Shown piece by piece: positions 25,627 to 34,046 of a DNA stretch of 45,688 bases. Position numbers and translations under genes: made by a program. The notes below the pieces were generated by a model that saw only the letters and a program-made list of their open reading frames with translations, ran no database searches and was not told the DNA's origin. Source of the stretch: a virus. Lineage: Duplodnaviria > Caudoviricetes. The first letter of the stretch is position 1; each line of letters starts with the position of its first letter. The DNA lies in IMG/VR virus record IMGVR_UViG_3300022909_001346, positions 1 to 45,688 of that record. One strand, written 5' to 3'.

Positions 25627-26424
25627 TTACTCAGGAAAGAGTACAGGAGAGTGCGTAGGATCGGGTAGTGTGAATGCCGCTCCGATGTTTTGATGTGTGA
25701 ATGTCCAGGGGTCAGCAGAAACGAACAGCTTGGCATACTCCTTCTGAACCAGTCTACCTGGGTGTACTAGGTCTCTACCCATAACGCCAATAGCGTGTCC
25801 CCCTTGCGTTCCAATAGCAGGGTGTATCATATACATGTTAGCACCAATTGAGTCACAAATACCCTTGATGCCACATAGAGCCGTGGAGTTTAGTAAAAAG
25901 GCATTCTCCTGACTCAACATTGTCATGGCTACTTCATCAGACGGGTCACTCCAACCCCCGTGTGGCGCCCAAGTAGAATCGTGAGGGTAAAAATACTCTA
26001 TGCGATCAAACCCTGGAGCTAGGATATAGACATTCTTGGGCTTGAGCAGTAGAGCAAAATGCATCGCTATACGAAACGCGCCCATCAGCCCATGTCCAGG
26101 CATACCGAAGTTGTAGATGTGTCTATCAGTCAGTCCCCCCAACATACTAGGCCAAGTGTCTTCCTTATGCACTCCCATGCCATATGTGAAACTACAGCCT
26201 AGAGCCATGTCGCCTTGGAGTCGGTAGTCTCGCTCTTCCCTGAAGCCATACTCATTGGTAGTGTAATTTAGGCTGTATGCTTTAGCCTTGTTATCCCAGC
26301 CGTGAGTTTTCAGTGCATCACGGTCTTGGTTGAGATACATCTCCTCGGTATCACCTGTCATCCATGCAGAGTTGTAGTTACAAGGTTCAGATCCGAATAG
26401 CATACTTCGAGGGCGTTTTATCAA
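25627..26424 (-). CDS. SGNH hydrolase-like protein
   Basis: NEYGFRE, ALGCSFTYGMGV..TWP, NFGMPGHG, GRDLVHPG. Confidence 0.7.
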   Translation of the reverse strand: MIKRPRSMLFGSEPCNYNSAWMTGDTEEMYLNQDRDALKTHGWDNKAKAYSLNYTTNEYGFREERDYRLQGDMALGCSFTYGMGVHKEDTWPSMLGGLTDRHIYNFGMPGHGLMGAFRIAMHFALLLKPKNVYILAPGFDRIEYFYPHDSTWAPHGGWSDPSDEVAMTMLSQENAFLLNSTALCGIKGICDSIGANMYMIHPAIGTQGGHAIGVMGRDLVHPGRLVQKEYAKLFVSADPWTFTHQNIGAAFTLPDPTHSPVLFPE

Positions 26425-27167
26425 TCAAGTTGCCCCATGCGCTTCAGTACTTGGTATGAGACATATCGATGCTGCCTTCTACCAGGACTCATTAGGTCTC
26501 TGCCGTAGTCAGGCTCGTCGAGTAGTTCTACCTCAGGAGATATGTGAATAAAGGTAGAGTTAAACTGATTACACAATGATTGCATAGCCCTGAGTACCAT
26601 GTCCCGTCTAATCTTTTCCATTGGTCGCACATCACCTGGGATGAATTCGCTTATAAGCTCCTCACCCTCAAATCGCTCCCATTGGCTCAAGGAGTCATGC
26701 TGCTCCTGCAATACTACATACTCCGACTGTAGCTGCGGTAACCACGCGAGAAGCAGCCTATACTGCGATTCTAGCGACGAATTGGGTTTAGCTAGTGTGA
26801 TTGCACGATGCCCTAGCTTACTAGCCACTAGATGAGGCCAAGTCATGGGTTCTGGTACGCCTACACCGAAAGCCATGTTAGACCCTAATGCGATCACCGC
26901 GCGTGGTGCAGCAGCAAAGGGCATTTCATTGCAGCGGAATCCGTGTTTGTTGATTCGATACCTAATGTCCACGGTGTCATGATCAAGGGGACTTGTTATA
27001 CTCCAGGGATACTCGCCGTTAGACATCTCTTCCCAGCCATTGGCTAGAAGCTCTTCTGGTTCGTTTTCCTTGTTGAATTCGTACCGTAGTTCCGTGTCGG
27101 ACTCTATGAATTTAGCTGAATAAGGTTCGACTTCCTGTCCACTGGCGTAATAATAAAAGTCTTCCAT
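26421..27167 (-). CDS. SGNH-like protein with degenerate catalytic residues
   Basis: NKHGFRC, ALGSNMAFGVGV..TWP, GRDLMSPG (Ser to Asn and His to Ser relative to paralogues). Confidence 0.65.
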   Translation of the reverse strand: MEDFYYYASGQEVEPYSAKFIESDTELRYEFNKENEPEELLANGWEEMSNGEYPWSITSPLDHDTVDIRYRINKHGFRCNEMPFAAAPRAVIALGSNMAFGVGVPEPMTWPHLVASKLGHRAITLAKPNSSLESQYRLLLAWLPQLQSEYVVLQEQHDSLSQWERFEGEELISEFIPGDVRPMEKIRRDMVLRAMQSLCNQFNSTFIHISPEVELLDEPDYGRDLMSPGRRQHRYVSYQVLKRMGQLD

Positions 27168-27356
27168 TTAGAGGTTTCTCATATCCCTGTAGAAGTCCTT
27201 CTCACAGTTCGCCCAAGATTCAGGTCGCTGTTTTAGCCAGCACATAACAATAGCCATGCCTACAGCCTGACCTTTGGCACCACCGAAGTATCTGCCTGTG
27301 TAGTACGATATGAAAGTGCAGGTAAATGTTATTGCAGTTAGAGTGATCTCATCCAT
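27168..27356 (-). CDS. Small membrane protein
   Basis: 62 aa, hydrophobic N-terminus. Confidence 0.55.
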   Translation of the reverse strand: MDEITLTAITFTCTFISYYTGRYFGGAKGQAVGMAIVMCWLKQRPESWANCEKDFYRDMRNL

Positions 27357-27559
27357 TCCTTAAGGCTCCCTTTTTTTAATGCTTCACCGAAAGACTCATC
27401 TTCCAGTTGCTCGTAAATGTGAATTAGGAAGCCACGATTATTGTTCGTGTATTCCTCGTAGGTCAATAATTCATCACCCCATTCACCGCGCTCCTCGCAG
27501 TTCCTATGGTACATCTTGCGACAAAAAGATTCAAACTGTTCCAGTGCATAAACGCTCAT
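27338..27559 (-). CDS. Hypothetical protein
   Basis: 73-aa ORF overlapping its neighbours. Confidence 0.6.
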   Translation of the reverse strand: MSVYALEQFESFCRKMYHRNCEERGEWGDELLTYEEYTNNNRGFLIHIYEQLEDESFGEALKKGSLKEWMRSL

Positions 27560-28139
27560 AGTTTACCTCTATATAGTTGTAAATCATTTCCCAGCCCTTC
27601 ACCAGAGTGAAGTCTCCTTGGTCGTGCATGTTATATTTATGCTCGATCAATAAAGTTTCATAACCTAGAGCAGCACCTACCCTAGCGTTTGTAGTTTTGT
27701 CCTCGATCCAGATACTGTCAGCATACTTTGCCTGTAGCTCCTCGAGGATATCATCCTTGTCAGCACCACAAGGCAAGCATATAACTTCCTCGAAAGTGTT
27801 ATCGCCAAATAACTTAGCAAGGTTGCGCTCTCTCAGTTTCTTTGCATAAGGATCGTCGCTTAGGCTAGTGACCGCTACAAACTTGACCTGTAGCTTTTCG
27901 TGCAGCAGCTTGATATAGTACTGCGCGTCACGGAGCGGAGGAAGAAAGCCTATTGCAGCCGAAGAGTTGAATTGCTCGACTAGTTTCTTTGACAACGACT
28001 TCTCCATGCCATACCGAGTGTCGATGCCGTAGTGCTCCTTGTATCCAGGAACCTGGGTGTGACCGCGATGATCCATCCATACTGTAAAGCCTTCTTCCCA
28101 GTCAAGTACACATCCGTCTATGTCAGTTAGTACAATCAT
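27531..28139 (-). CDS. HAD-superfamily 5'(3')-nucleotidase-like protein (T4 30.2-like)
   Basis: LTDIDGCVLDW (DxD motif I), AVTS, WIEDK. Confidence 0.8.
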   Translation of the reverse strand: MIVLTDIDGCVLDWEEGFTVWMDHRGHTQVPGYKEHYGIDTRYGMEKSLSKKLVEQFNSSAAIGFLPPLRDAQYYIKLLHEKLQVKFVAVTSLSDDPYAKKLRERNLAKLFGDNTFEEVICLPCGADKDDILEELQAKYADSIWIEDKTTNARVGAALGYETLLIEHKYNMHDQGDFTLVKGWEMIYNYIEVNYERLCTGTV

Positions 28140-28498
28140 TTACACCTGCCCCATCTACCGCACTCATACGCCTGACGCTTTGCTTCGTTAAAGGCTGCGC
28201 GTTCTCGCTCATACACACCCATCTGGTATGCACAATCTATGCGGTTGCCTCGACATCTGAAACGAGGGTACCGCTTATCAAAGGGATACCATGTTCCTGA
28301 GGAACTGTAATAACCCATGCTAGAGTATTCCTCATAGCCAGAGTACGCTGGACTATACGACTGCCTGTCGCTCCACCACTTACCAACTAGGATGCCAGTA
28401 ACGCCGATAGCAACCTTGTCACTAGTGCTACTAGCCTCTACTGATTGTGAAACACCTAAAGCCGCGATGATTACCGCGGCAATTGCTAATTTTTTCAT
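28136..28498 (-). CDS. Secreted hypothetical protein
   Basis: Signal peptide MKKLAIAAVIIAALGVSQSVEA; glycine-zipper-like segment. Confidence 0.7.
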   Translation of the reverse strand: MKKLAIAAVIIAALGVSQSVEASSTSDKVAIGVTGILVGKWWSDRQSYSPAYSGYEEYSSMGYYSSSGTWYPFDKRYPRFRCRGNRIDCAYQMGVYERERAAFNEAKRQAYECGRWGRCK

Positions 28499-28506
28499 TG
28501 TATCTC

Positions 28507-28890
28507 CTAAACCGTTGTGTACCCTTTGCCGTATCGGCCTACTTCCATATGTATATAGAAAGCAGTGTCGAAGTAATCGACCATTGCGTCGGAGTTGTCA
28601 TACCAACCGCGACCCACTTTAGCAGGGGCAGACTTGATAGTGGTAAGGATCTTGTCAAACATACCCTTGTACTCGCCATACATGTTCGTATGATAGTGGT
28701 TGATAGACTGAAAACCAGAGCCAGTGAATTGCTCACCGACAGTTTCTAGCAGACCCTTGGGCCCTTTAGTGAGAGAGACGGAAACGGCTAGTCCGCCAGA
28801 GGATTTACGAACCGAGAAACGATACTTAGGGAACTCCTTCTTGAGTTCTTCACGAATCGCCTTAACTTCAGTTGCTGATATATAAGCCAT
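28507..28890 (-). CDS. Phage early protein (LPD29-like)
   Basis: AIREELKKEFPKYRFSVR...WYDNSDAMVDYFD; family name recalled from the motif, not searched. Confidence 0.6.
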   Translation of the reverse strand: MAYISATEVKAIREELKKEFPKYRFSVRKSSGGLAVSVSLTKGPKGLLETVGEQFTGSGFQSINHYHTNMYGEYKGMFDKILTTIKSAPAKVGRGWYDNSDAMVDYFDTAFYIHMEVGRYGKGYTTV

Positions 28891-28964
28891 AAAATTCACA
28901 TCCTAACAATAAAAAAAGAAACAGTCATGCGCGGTATCGACACAGCCGCGCTCCTGCCGTAACG

Positions 28965-29096
28965 CTACACCATAACTGCTGACTCCAACTTTAATTTGAA
29001 TATCTTCATTTCAAGTTGTGCGATGCGAATAGGGCATACCTCAGACTTGAGTTTTGTTTCTAGCAACTGAAGAAATTCTTTTTTCGTATATCGCAT
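28965..29096 (-). CDS. Small hypothetical protein (43 aa)
   Basis: Not in the ORF track. MRYTKKEFLQLLETKLKSEVCPIRIAQLEMKIFKLKLESAVMV, directly after promoter copy 2. Confidence 0.55.
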   Translation of the reverse strand: MRYTKKEFLQLLETKLKSEVCPIRIAQLEMKIFKLKLESAVMV

Positions 29097-29104
29097 AACT
29101 TTTC

Positions 29105-29200
29105 TCTCTCAACTTTTGAACTACTATTATATGACAATCTGACCCTAAACGCAACCTTTTTATCACGTTTTCTTAGAACCTTTTGTTATATGCTTATAAC
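29105..29200 (-). promoter_or_regulatory. Repeated early promoter/operator element, copy 2
   Basis: Same dyad at 29185-29200; TTGCGT-N17-TATAAT (29154-29126); internal spacing identical to copy 1. Confidence 0.85.
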
Positions 29201-29541
29201 GTTCTGATCATATAAGCAGGCTTAGAAGGGTCCAGAATAAGCTCTGGGTTAGTCACCTCGAGCACCTCGTAAGGGTTGTTTTTCTTTAGTTGCCATTTCT
29301 CAATGACTGGGCGACCGGACTCGTCCTCGTCCACAACGATGTAAGCAACGGTCTTTTTGACAGTCGCATAACGATAGCCAGGAGCACCACCAGCCGTGTC
29401 ACCGACCCACACTAGATGAGGAAAGCAGCACCACTCGCTACAGTTCTCTACCCTATCAGTGTTATTAGAGTACTCAAAGTACTGTCCATGATCCTTCTCA
29501 GTGAAGCATCCAATAGGGTTGACCGTGTGAGTGTAGTACAT
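29194..29541 (-). CDS. Hypothetical protein
   Basis: 115-aa ORF in the early region. Confidence 0.65.
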   Translation of the reverse strand: MYYTHTVNPIGCFTEKDHGQYFEYSNNTDRVENCSEWCCFPHLVWVGDTAGGAPGYRYATVKKTVAYIVVDEDESGRPVIEKWQLKKNNPYEVLEVTNPELILDPSKPAYMIRTL

Positions 29542-29605
29542 ATTTAAAGCCTTTTCATTGCAGCAATTGAAATTCTAAGAACCTGAGACTCGGAGCAGCC
29601 TAGAG

Positions 29606-29827
29606 TCAGCAGAGCTGTACTATGCGGTCTGCTGGACTGACGTAACCAGTGTAGCAATCAGCCAGGTAATCAAACTGATCTGTATAGTTGTCTGGCGCTT
29701 TGCCCAGCATGTTCATGTGTACATCTGCATCCACATAGTTCCAATTAACTGATCCATCTTCCCACAGGTTCTCAGTACTGGTTACTGCTTTATTGAATGC
29801 TCGGGCTATCTGTGTTGATATAATCAT
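29606..29827 (-). CDS. Small early protein, WNYVDxD family
   Basis: Paralogue of 24574-24783; first gene after promoter copy 3. Confidence 0.7.
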   Translation of the reverse strand: MIISTQIARAFNKAVTSTENLWEDGSVNWNYVDADVHMNMLGKAPDNYTDQFDYLADCYTGYVSPADRIVQLC

Positions 29828-29832
29828 ATTTT

Positions 29833-29925
29833 CTCTCTCAACTCGACTTTTGAAACACTATTATATGCTATATTGGTGCCCTTCGCAACCTTTTTTTCGC
29901 CTTTTTTTAGATCCTTTTGTTATAT
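29833..29925 (-). promoter_or_regulatory. Repeated early promoter element, copy 3 (half of the dyad only)
   Basis: TTGCGA-N17-TATAAT (29888-29860); matches copies 1 and 2 up to ccttttgttatat. Confidence 0.8.
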
Positions 29926-29930
29926 AAATA
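29923..29930 (+). promoter_or_regulatory. T4-type late promoter TATAAATA
   Basis: Exact motif 31 nt upstream of the ATG at 29962. Confidence 0.7.
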
Positions 29931-29961
29931 TGCAATAACCATTGATTTGAGTATATACAAT

Positions 29962-30486
29962 ATGGCTAGAGCAAGCAGGTTTTTTCTCTTCCTGACGCGA
30001 TCCGAGTACTGGATTGTCGATGAAAACACCCTACAAGAGGTCCCCAAGCCACGCGAGATGATCATCAAGCAGTCCACTGTAGAAGGTGTGCGAGACTATG
30101 TGATCATTGCTAACAAGCAAAACCTTCCTATTGTAGACCGCTGTAGAGACAGGACAGCTTGGCACACTCCAGAAGGAAGACAACGTATTAGAGAAGCCAA
30201 GCTAGGAGAGAATCACCCAGCAGTGCAGAAAGGGCGCAGTCAGGAGTTCCGAGATAAAGTATCCAAGACTATGAAAGGCACCCGTCGAGGTGAGTTTAAC
30301 CCTATGTACGGTAGAAAGCATAAGCCTTCTACAATACGCAAGATTCGTGAATCAGCCTACAGTAGATCTAAGCGAAAGTGGTGCGTCGAACCCACTGGCA
30401 AAATGCATCTCGTTGAATTAGATGGATTTGAGCTACCAGCGGATTGGCAATGGGGTCGTTACTATGACCCATATCGCCCTGACTAG
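29962..30486 (+). CDS. NUMOD3-motif DNA-binding protein (homing-endonuclease related)
   Basis: HTPEGRQRIREAKLGENHP and GEFNPMYGRKHKPSTIRKI; no recognisable nuclease domain. Confidence 0.7.
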   Translation: MARASRFFLFLTRSEYWIVDENTLQEVPKPREMIIKQSTVEGVRDYVIIANKQNLPIVDRCRDRTAWHTPEGRQRIREAKLGENHPAVQKGRSQEFRDKVSKTMKGTRRGEFNPMYGRKHKPSTIRKIRESAYSRSKRKWCVEPTGKMHLVELDGFELPADWQWGRYYDPYRPD

Positions 30487-30983
30487 GCGACTGATTTCTT
30501 TGGAGACCTTTTCTTTCGCGGTTTCTTTTTTACAGGGACATTATACTCCTCTATACCCAATGCGGGCAACAGAGTCTCTAACTGAGGACATAGCTCTAGC
30601 AGCGTCCCGTCTTTAGCAGCCGTCAACCACTTAGCTTCCATATGATGTAAGCCTTCCAATACCTGCATCCAGTTAGCCTCTCGCTTCCAATCAACCAGCT
30701 TTTGCATATTGCCATTAGGATCAGAGAATGCATTTATACGTCTCCATTCCATCTGGATAGTTGTATCACTCATTCCTGCAGGGATATCTTCATCCAGTTT
30801 GATTGTATCTGGCATACCGCTGGGCAGCCCCCAGTCAACTTTTTGCGCTCCAACACCCCATCGCACGATAGACACCAAGGTCTGGTTGTTTTCTGCCCAT
30901 TGCTTGAGCCTTGCTACCTGTGCGTCTACACCTTCAGCTTTGAATACCCATTCAAACCCTTCGTCCACTTGTCTAAACTTCAT
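30483..30983 (-). CDS. Hypothetical protein, T4-like core neighbourhood
   Basis: WGLPSGMP...KREANWMQVLEGLH..EAKWL; directly downstream of rnh. Confidence 0.7.
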   Translation of the reverse strand: MKFRQVDEGFEWVFKAEGVDAQVARLKQWAENNQTLVSIVRWGVGAQKVDWGLPSGMPDTIKLDEDIPAGMSDTTIQMEWRRINAFSDPNGNMQKLVDWKREANWMQVLEGLHHMEAKWLTAAKDGTLLELCPQLETLLPALGIEEYNVPVKKKPRKKRSPKKSVA

Positions 30984-30985
30984 TC

Positions 30986-31864
30986 TTAGAAATCCTCCGC
31001 GACATCAATCATGCCTTTCAATTTGTATTTAATAAAATAATTTAAGAGTTGACCCTTATCTTTATTTAGTTGCCGTTGATATGACGATATAATCTCTTCC
31101 TTTATATCCGCTGGAGTCATGCTTAGATCTACAAGTTGCTTGTTGCGCACATAGCCAGCAGCCATATCACCTGTCACAAAATCCTCGGGTGACATCTTCT
31201 TCCACTCAGCCAATAGAACCTTGCGAATTGGCTTTTGCCTCTTATCAGTGACAAAGGTATCATCGTCGCTCAAGATATTAGGCACACCATCACCCTTGTC
31301 ACCCTGGATGATATGTTCCATCAAAATAGCATGTGCCGATTCTTCAATCTTTATCATCTTTTTCTTGACAGGTGAGTATTGATGCACGTTTGGCCACTTC
31401 TGCAATTGATTGAAGTCATGGTCACCAGATATAATCAATAACGGCTCAGCTTCCTCGAACAACACGCCTTCTTTAGCGGTTTGACTGTACGCCGCTAGTG
31501 CGCCGATAACATCGTCAGCCTCAGCACCATCTACATCGATCACAGGGTAAGGTAGGAACTCATCTATCTCATTGCGTATCGCGTTCAGTGCTTCAAAGAT
31601 GCTAGGCCAATCAAAGCCTGAATCGTCGCGCACTTTTCTGCGGGAGGCCTTGTAGTAAGGGAACACTTTCTTGCGCCAATAGTGTCGATTGTCGCATGCG
31701 ATGACAAGATCACCAAACTCATTGCCGAACCTAGTCTTGTATCCACGTATGGCATTCAGAATCATGTGTCGTAACAGAGGTACATTTACCTCAACATCAG
31801 TTCTGCCGCGAATCTCGCCCATGAAGGTCGAAATCGCGGTTTGATTGAAATCTACTACTATCAT
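30986..31864 (-). CDS. rnh: T4-like RNase H (5'-3' flap exonuclease)
   Basis: IVVDFNQ, LVIACD..HYWRKKVFPYYKASR, EADDVIG, ISGDHDFNQL, GDKGDGVPN. Confidence 0.93.
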   Translation of the reverse strand: MIVVDFNQTAISTFMGEIRGRTDVEVNVPLLRHMILNAIRGYKTRFGNEFGDLVIACDNRHYWRKKVFPYYKASRRKVRDDSGFDWPSIFEALNAIRNEIDEFLPYPVIDVDGAEADDVIGALAAYSQTAKEGVLFEEAEPLLIISGDHDFNQLQKWPNVHQYSPVKKKMIKIEESAHAILMEHIIQGDKGDGVPNILSDDDTFVTDKRQKPIRKVLLAEWKKMSPEDFVTGDMAAGYVRNKQLVDLSMTPADIKEEIISSYQRQLNKDKGQLLNYFIKYKLKGMIDVAEDF

Positions 31865-32376
31865 GCCATTAACTCCTCAAGACCTTCAGGCTGCTCACCC
31901 CAGACATATCCTACATCAGGATAATAGATACCTTTAGTACGTTTAGGTTCGCCATCAGGGTAGTATGCCATAGCAACAGATCGCCATGTCATTCTATGCT
32001 CTCGGTCTCTGCCGTAATAGTTATCAATCCAATCACCGCCTTGCAAATATGCGTTCATAGCATTGATGTAGGCAGAAACAGATGCAGCCTTAGCTTCAGC
32101 ACCTTTTATTCCTGATCGTATCTCGCGCCCGTGAGATGATAGCAAATCTTTGTTGAATTTGATCCACTCACGGACCTTGTTGAATGAGAGCGAATCGTCT
32201 TCATCCAATGCAAGGACCTTAGGGTGAATGTTTTTGTACTGAGGGGGATTAGCAGCTTGCCGCGCTGCTCTAGCCTTAGCTAGACGTTCAACGGCAGCTG
32301 CCTTTTGTTCAACAGTCATCGGCTTGCGTTTTTTGCGTACCTTTTTCTGCTCTGGTTCTTGTCTTTGTCGTGCCAT
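31861..32376 (-). CDS. Basic hypothetical protein
   Basis: 171 aa, KKVRKKRKPMT..ERLAKARAAR; GGAG RBS and own promoter. Confidence 0.75.
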   Translation of the reverse strand: MARQRQEPEQKKVRKKRKPMTVEQKAAAVERLAKARAARQAANPPQYKNIHPKVLALDEDDSLSFNKVREWIKFNKDLLSSHGREIRSGIKGAEAKAASVSAYINAMNAYLQGGDWIDNYYGRDREHRMTWRSVAMAYYPDGEPKRTKGIYYPDVGYVWGEQPEGLEELMA

Positions 32377-32403
32377 GATGGACTCCTTTGATTGTTACTA
32401 TGT

Positions 32404-32432
32404 ATTATATAGTAACAGGAGTCTAATGTCAA
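32404..32432 (-). promoter_or_regulatory. Sigma70 promoter TTGACA-N17-TATAAT
   Basis: Perfect consensus. Confidence 0.85.
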
Positions 32433-32686
32433 GCAGTAATTGAGTTGATTCGGTCTAATTTGACCGTTCTCCAACCAAGCAATGCAGGAACCCATACCAC
32501 AATCTGATCGTCACGCTTCTTTTTATCAGAGTTAGAATCATTTGCTTCAGTCAAAGCAGGAACATCACCTTCTTTTAATGTAGCAACAAATTCTCTCTCA
32601 GTTTCATCCATTTTTTGGAAGTTGATCGTGACTTCACCAGCCTGTAGTAGAGCGATTAGTTCATCGCGCGTTTCTTTGATACCCAT
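32429..32686 (-). CDS. Small SH3/Sm-like (WYL-like) phage protein
   Basis: VTINFQKMDETEREFVATL...IVVW....GWRTV. Confidence 0.6.
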   Translation of the reverse strand: MGIKETRDELIALLQAGEVTINFQKMDETEREFVATLKEGDVPALTEANDSNSDKKKRDDQIVVWVPALLGWRTVKLDRINSITA

Positions 32687-32714
32687 CTTCTATCTCCGTT
32701 TAATTGAGTGTATC

Positions 32715-32743
32715 ATTATAACTAGAATGCAACACCATGTCAA
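32715..32743 (-). promoter_or_regulatory. Sigma70 promoter TTGACA-N17-TATAAT
   Basis: Perfect consensus. Confidence 0.85.
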
Positions 32744-32769
32744 TAAAGTGTTTGACCATTCGGAATTAA

Positions 32770-33444
32770 TCACTTGATCCATTGCAATTTCTCTTGTAGA
32801 TTGGGCACATCCTTTCTCAGTCTTGCAAAAGGGATGTACCCTACTGCCAATGTCTTATCTGTCAGGTCATAAGATAAATCATATTTATCAATAAAGTTCT
32901 TTGCGCGGCGCATAAACTTGTCCTCAACTATCATATCTGATCCCAACCAACAGAAAAAGTTTGGTCGCGCTAGAGTCTGTGGTTCAATCGTACCATGAGG
33001 ATCATCAGACATTACTGCTTCCGCGAAATGCCTTGCGACATGAGGATACATGACATACAGGTATCCGTATTTTCTATCTACTGTAAAGAAATCGTAATCA
33101 CTATCCTGCAATTCTATAGCTGAGTTGCCGTTTCTGTATCCCCATCTGGGAGGATAGGATTGCTCGACTCTCTCATAATAGTGAATCAAGTCATTCAGCT
33201 TAGAGTACAGTTGATTGTTAGCTCTATTATCAACCGTTTCTTCATGCAACGTATTAATATCAGTATACACGATATCCAACTCATTGCAGGTCTCATGAAT
33301 CTCGGCTTCAATTGACTCTAGCCTGACATCATCCTCATAGTATTCTTCAGACTCCCACAGTTGATTTTCCAACAGAGACATGTATCGATCAGAGAAAGAA
33401 TTGTTAATCGTTTCCCACTCTACGCCATGAAAAGTTAGCTCCAC
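32770..33444 (-). CDS. Hypothetical protein
   Basis: 224-aa ORF overlapping the SDR-like gene. Confidence 0.7.
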   Translation of the reverse strand: MELTFHGVEWETINNSFSDRYMSLLENQLWESEEYYEDDVRLESIEAEIHETCNELDIVYTDINTLHEETVDNRANNQLYSKLNDLIHYYERVEQSYPPRWGYRNGNSAIELQDSDYDFFTVDRKYGYLYVMYPHVARHFAEAVMSDDPHGTIEPQTLARPNFFCWLGSDMIVEDKFMRRAKNFIDKYDLSYDLTDKTLAVGYIPFARLRKDVPNLQEKLQWIK

Positions 33445-34046
33445 GGTTCACCGGTTTCATTCAACAGTTTACCTGACCTATCTGAGGTTAGTTTCATTAT
33501 AGTTTCATACATTACAGGCGCAAAGAACGGCGAGTTGCCGAAGTGTTTTGGCGCTAGACCATAGTAATTTTTACTCTTCTGGGTAGAGAATGATTTCATC
33601 ATGTGATAGCTATATGCCTTATCCGCCGCGTAACCACCTAGAATGAAACCATCGGTTCTTGCACTTGGGTGTAGCACTGGAGATAACATCCAAACAATTT
33701 TAGAGTTCTCTGTAACCTCTATGTATTGTGCGATATAATATGATAGTTGTACATTGTTAAAGAATGCACGGTTCCAATGTTCTAGTTGTACGTTTTCTTG
33801 TACGATGTCATTAGGCGACCCCCCACCATTTTGATTGAACACCACTACATCATAATCCTTGTCAATCTTTGGTATGATATCGCCTGTTGATACATGATGC
33901 CAGTTAACAGGTATAACTCGGTCAGCTTCAATATCCGTATTGCCTGTAATAACGTGGACCTCATCACCGTATTCTTTTGCTGTTGTCGCCAACTGTGCGC
34001 CAAATTTAGAACCACCGCCGACAATTAGAATTTTAGACTGTGCCAT
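33435..34046 (-). CDS. Short-chain dehydrogenase/reductase-like protein
   Basis: ILIVGGGSKFG, DVVVFNQ, YAADK (YxxxK). Confidence 0.7.
   Translation of the reverse strand: MAQSKILIVGGGSKFGAQLATTAKEYGDEVHVITGNTDIEADRVIPVNWHHVSTGDIIPKIDKDYDVVVFNQNGGGSPNDIVQENVQLEHWNRAFFNNVQLSYYIAQYIEVTENSKIVWMLSPVLHPSARTDGFILGGYAADKAYSYHMMKSFSTQKSKNYYGLAPKHFGNSPFFAPVMYETIMKLTSDRSGKLLNETGEPWS

Noticed and set aside
28905-28960. GCGCGG/CCGCGC hairpin near a T-tract as a terminator or riboswitch
   Set aside because: The loop is large and the U-tract is separated from the stem; too weak to call.
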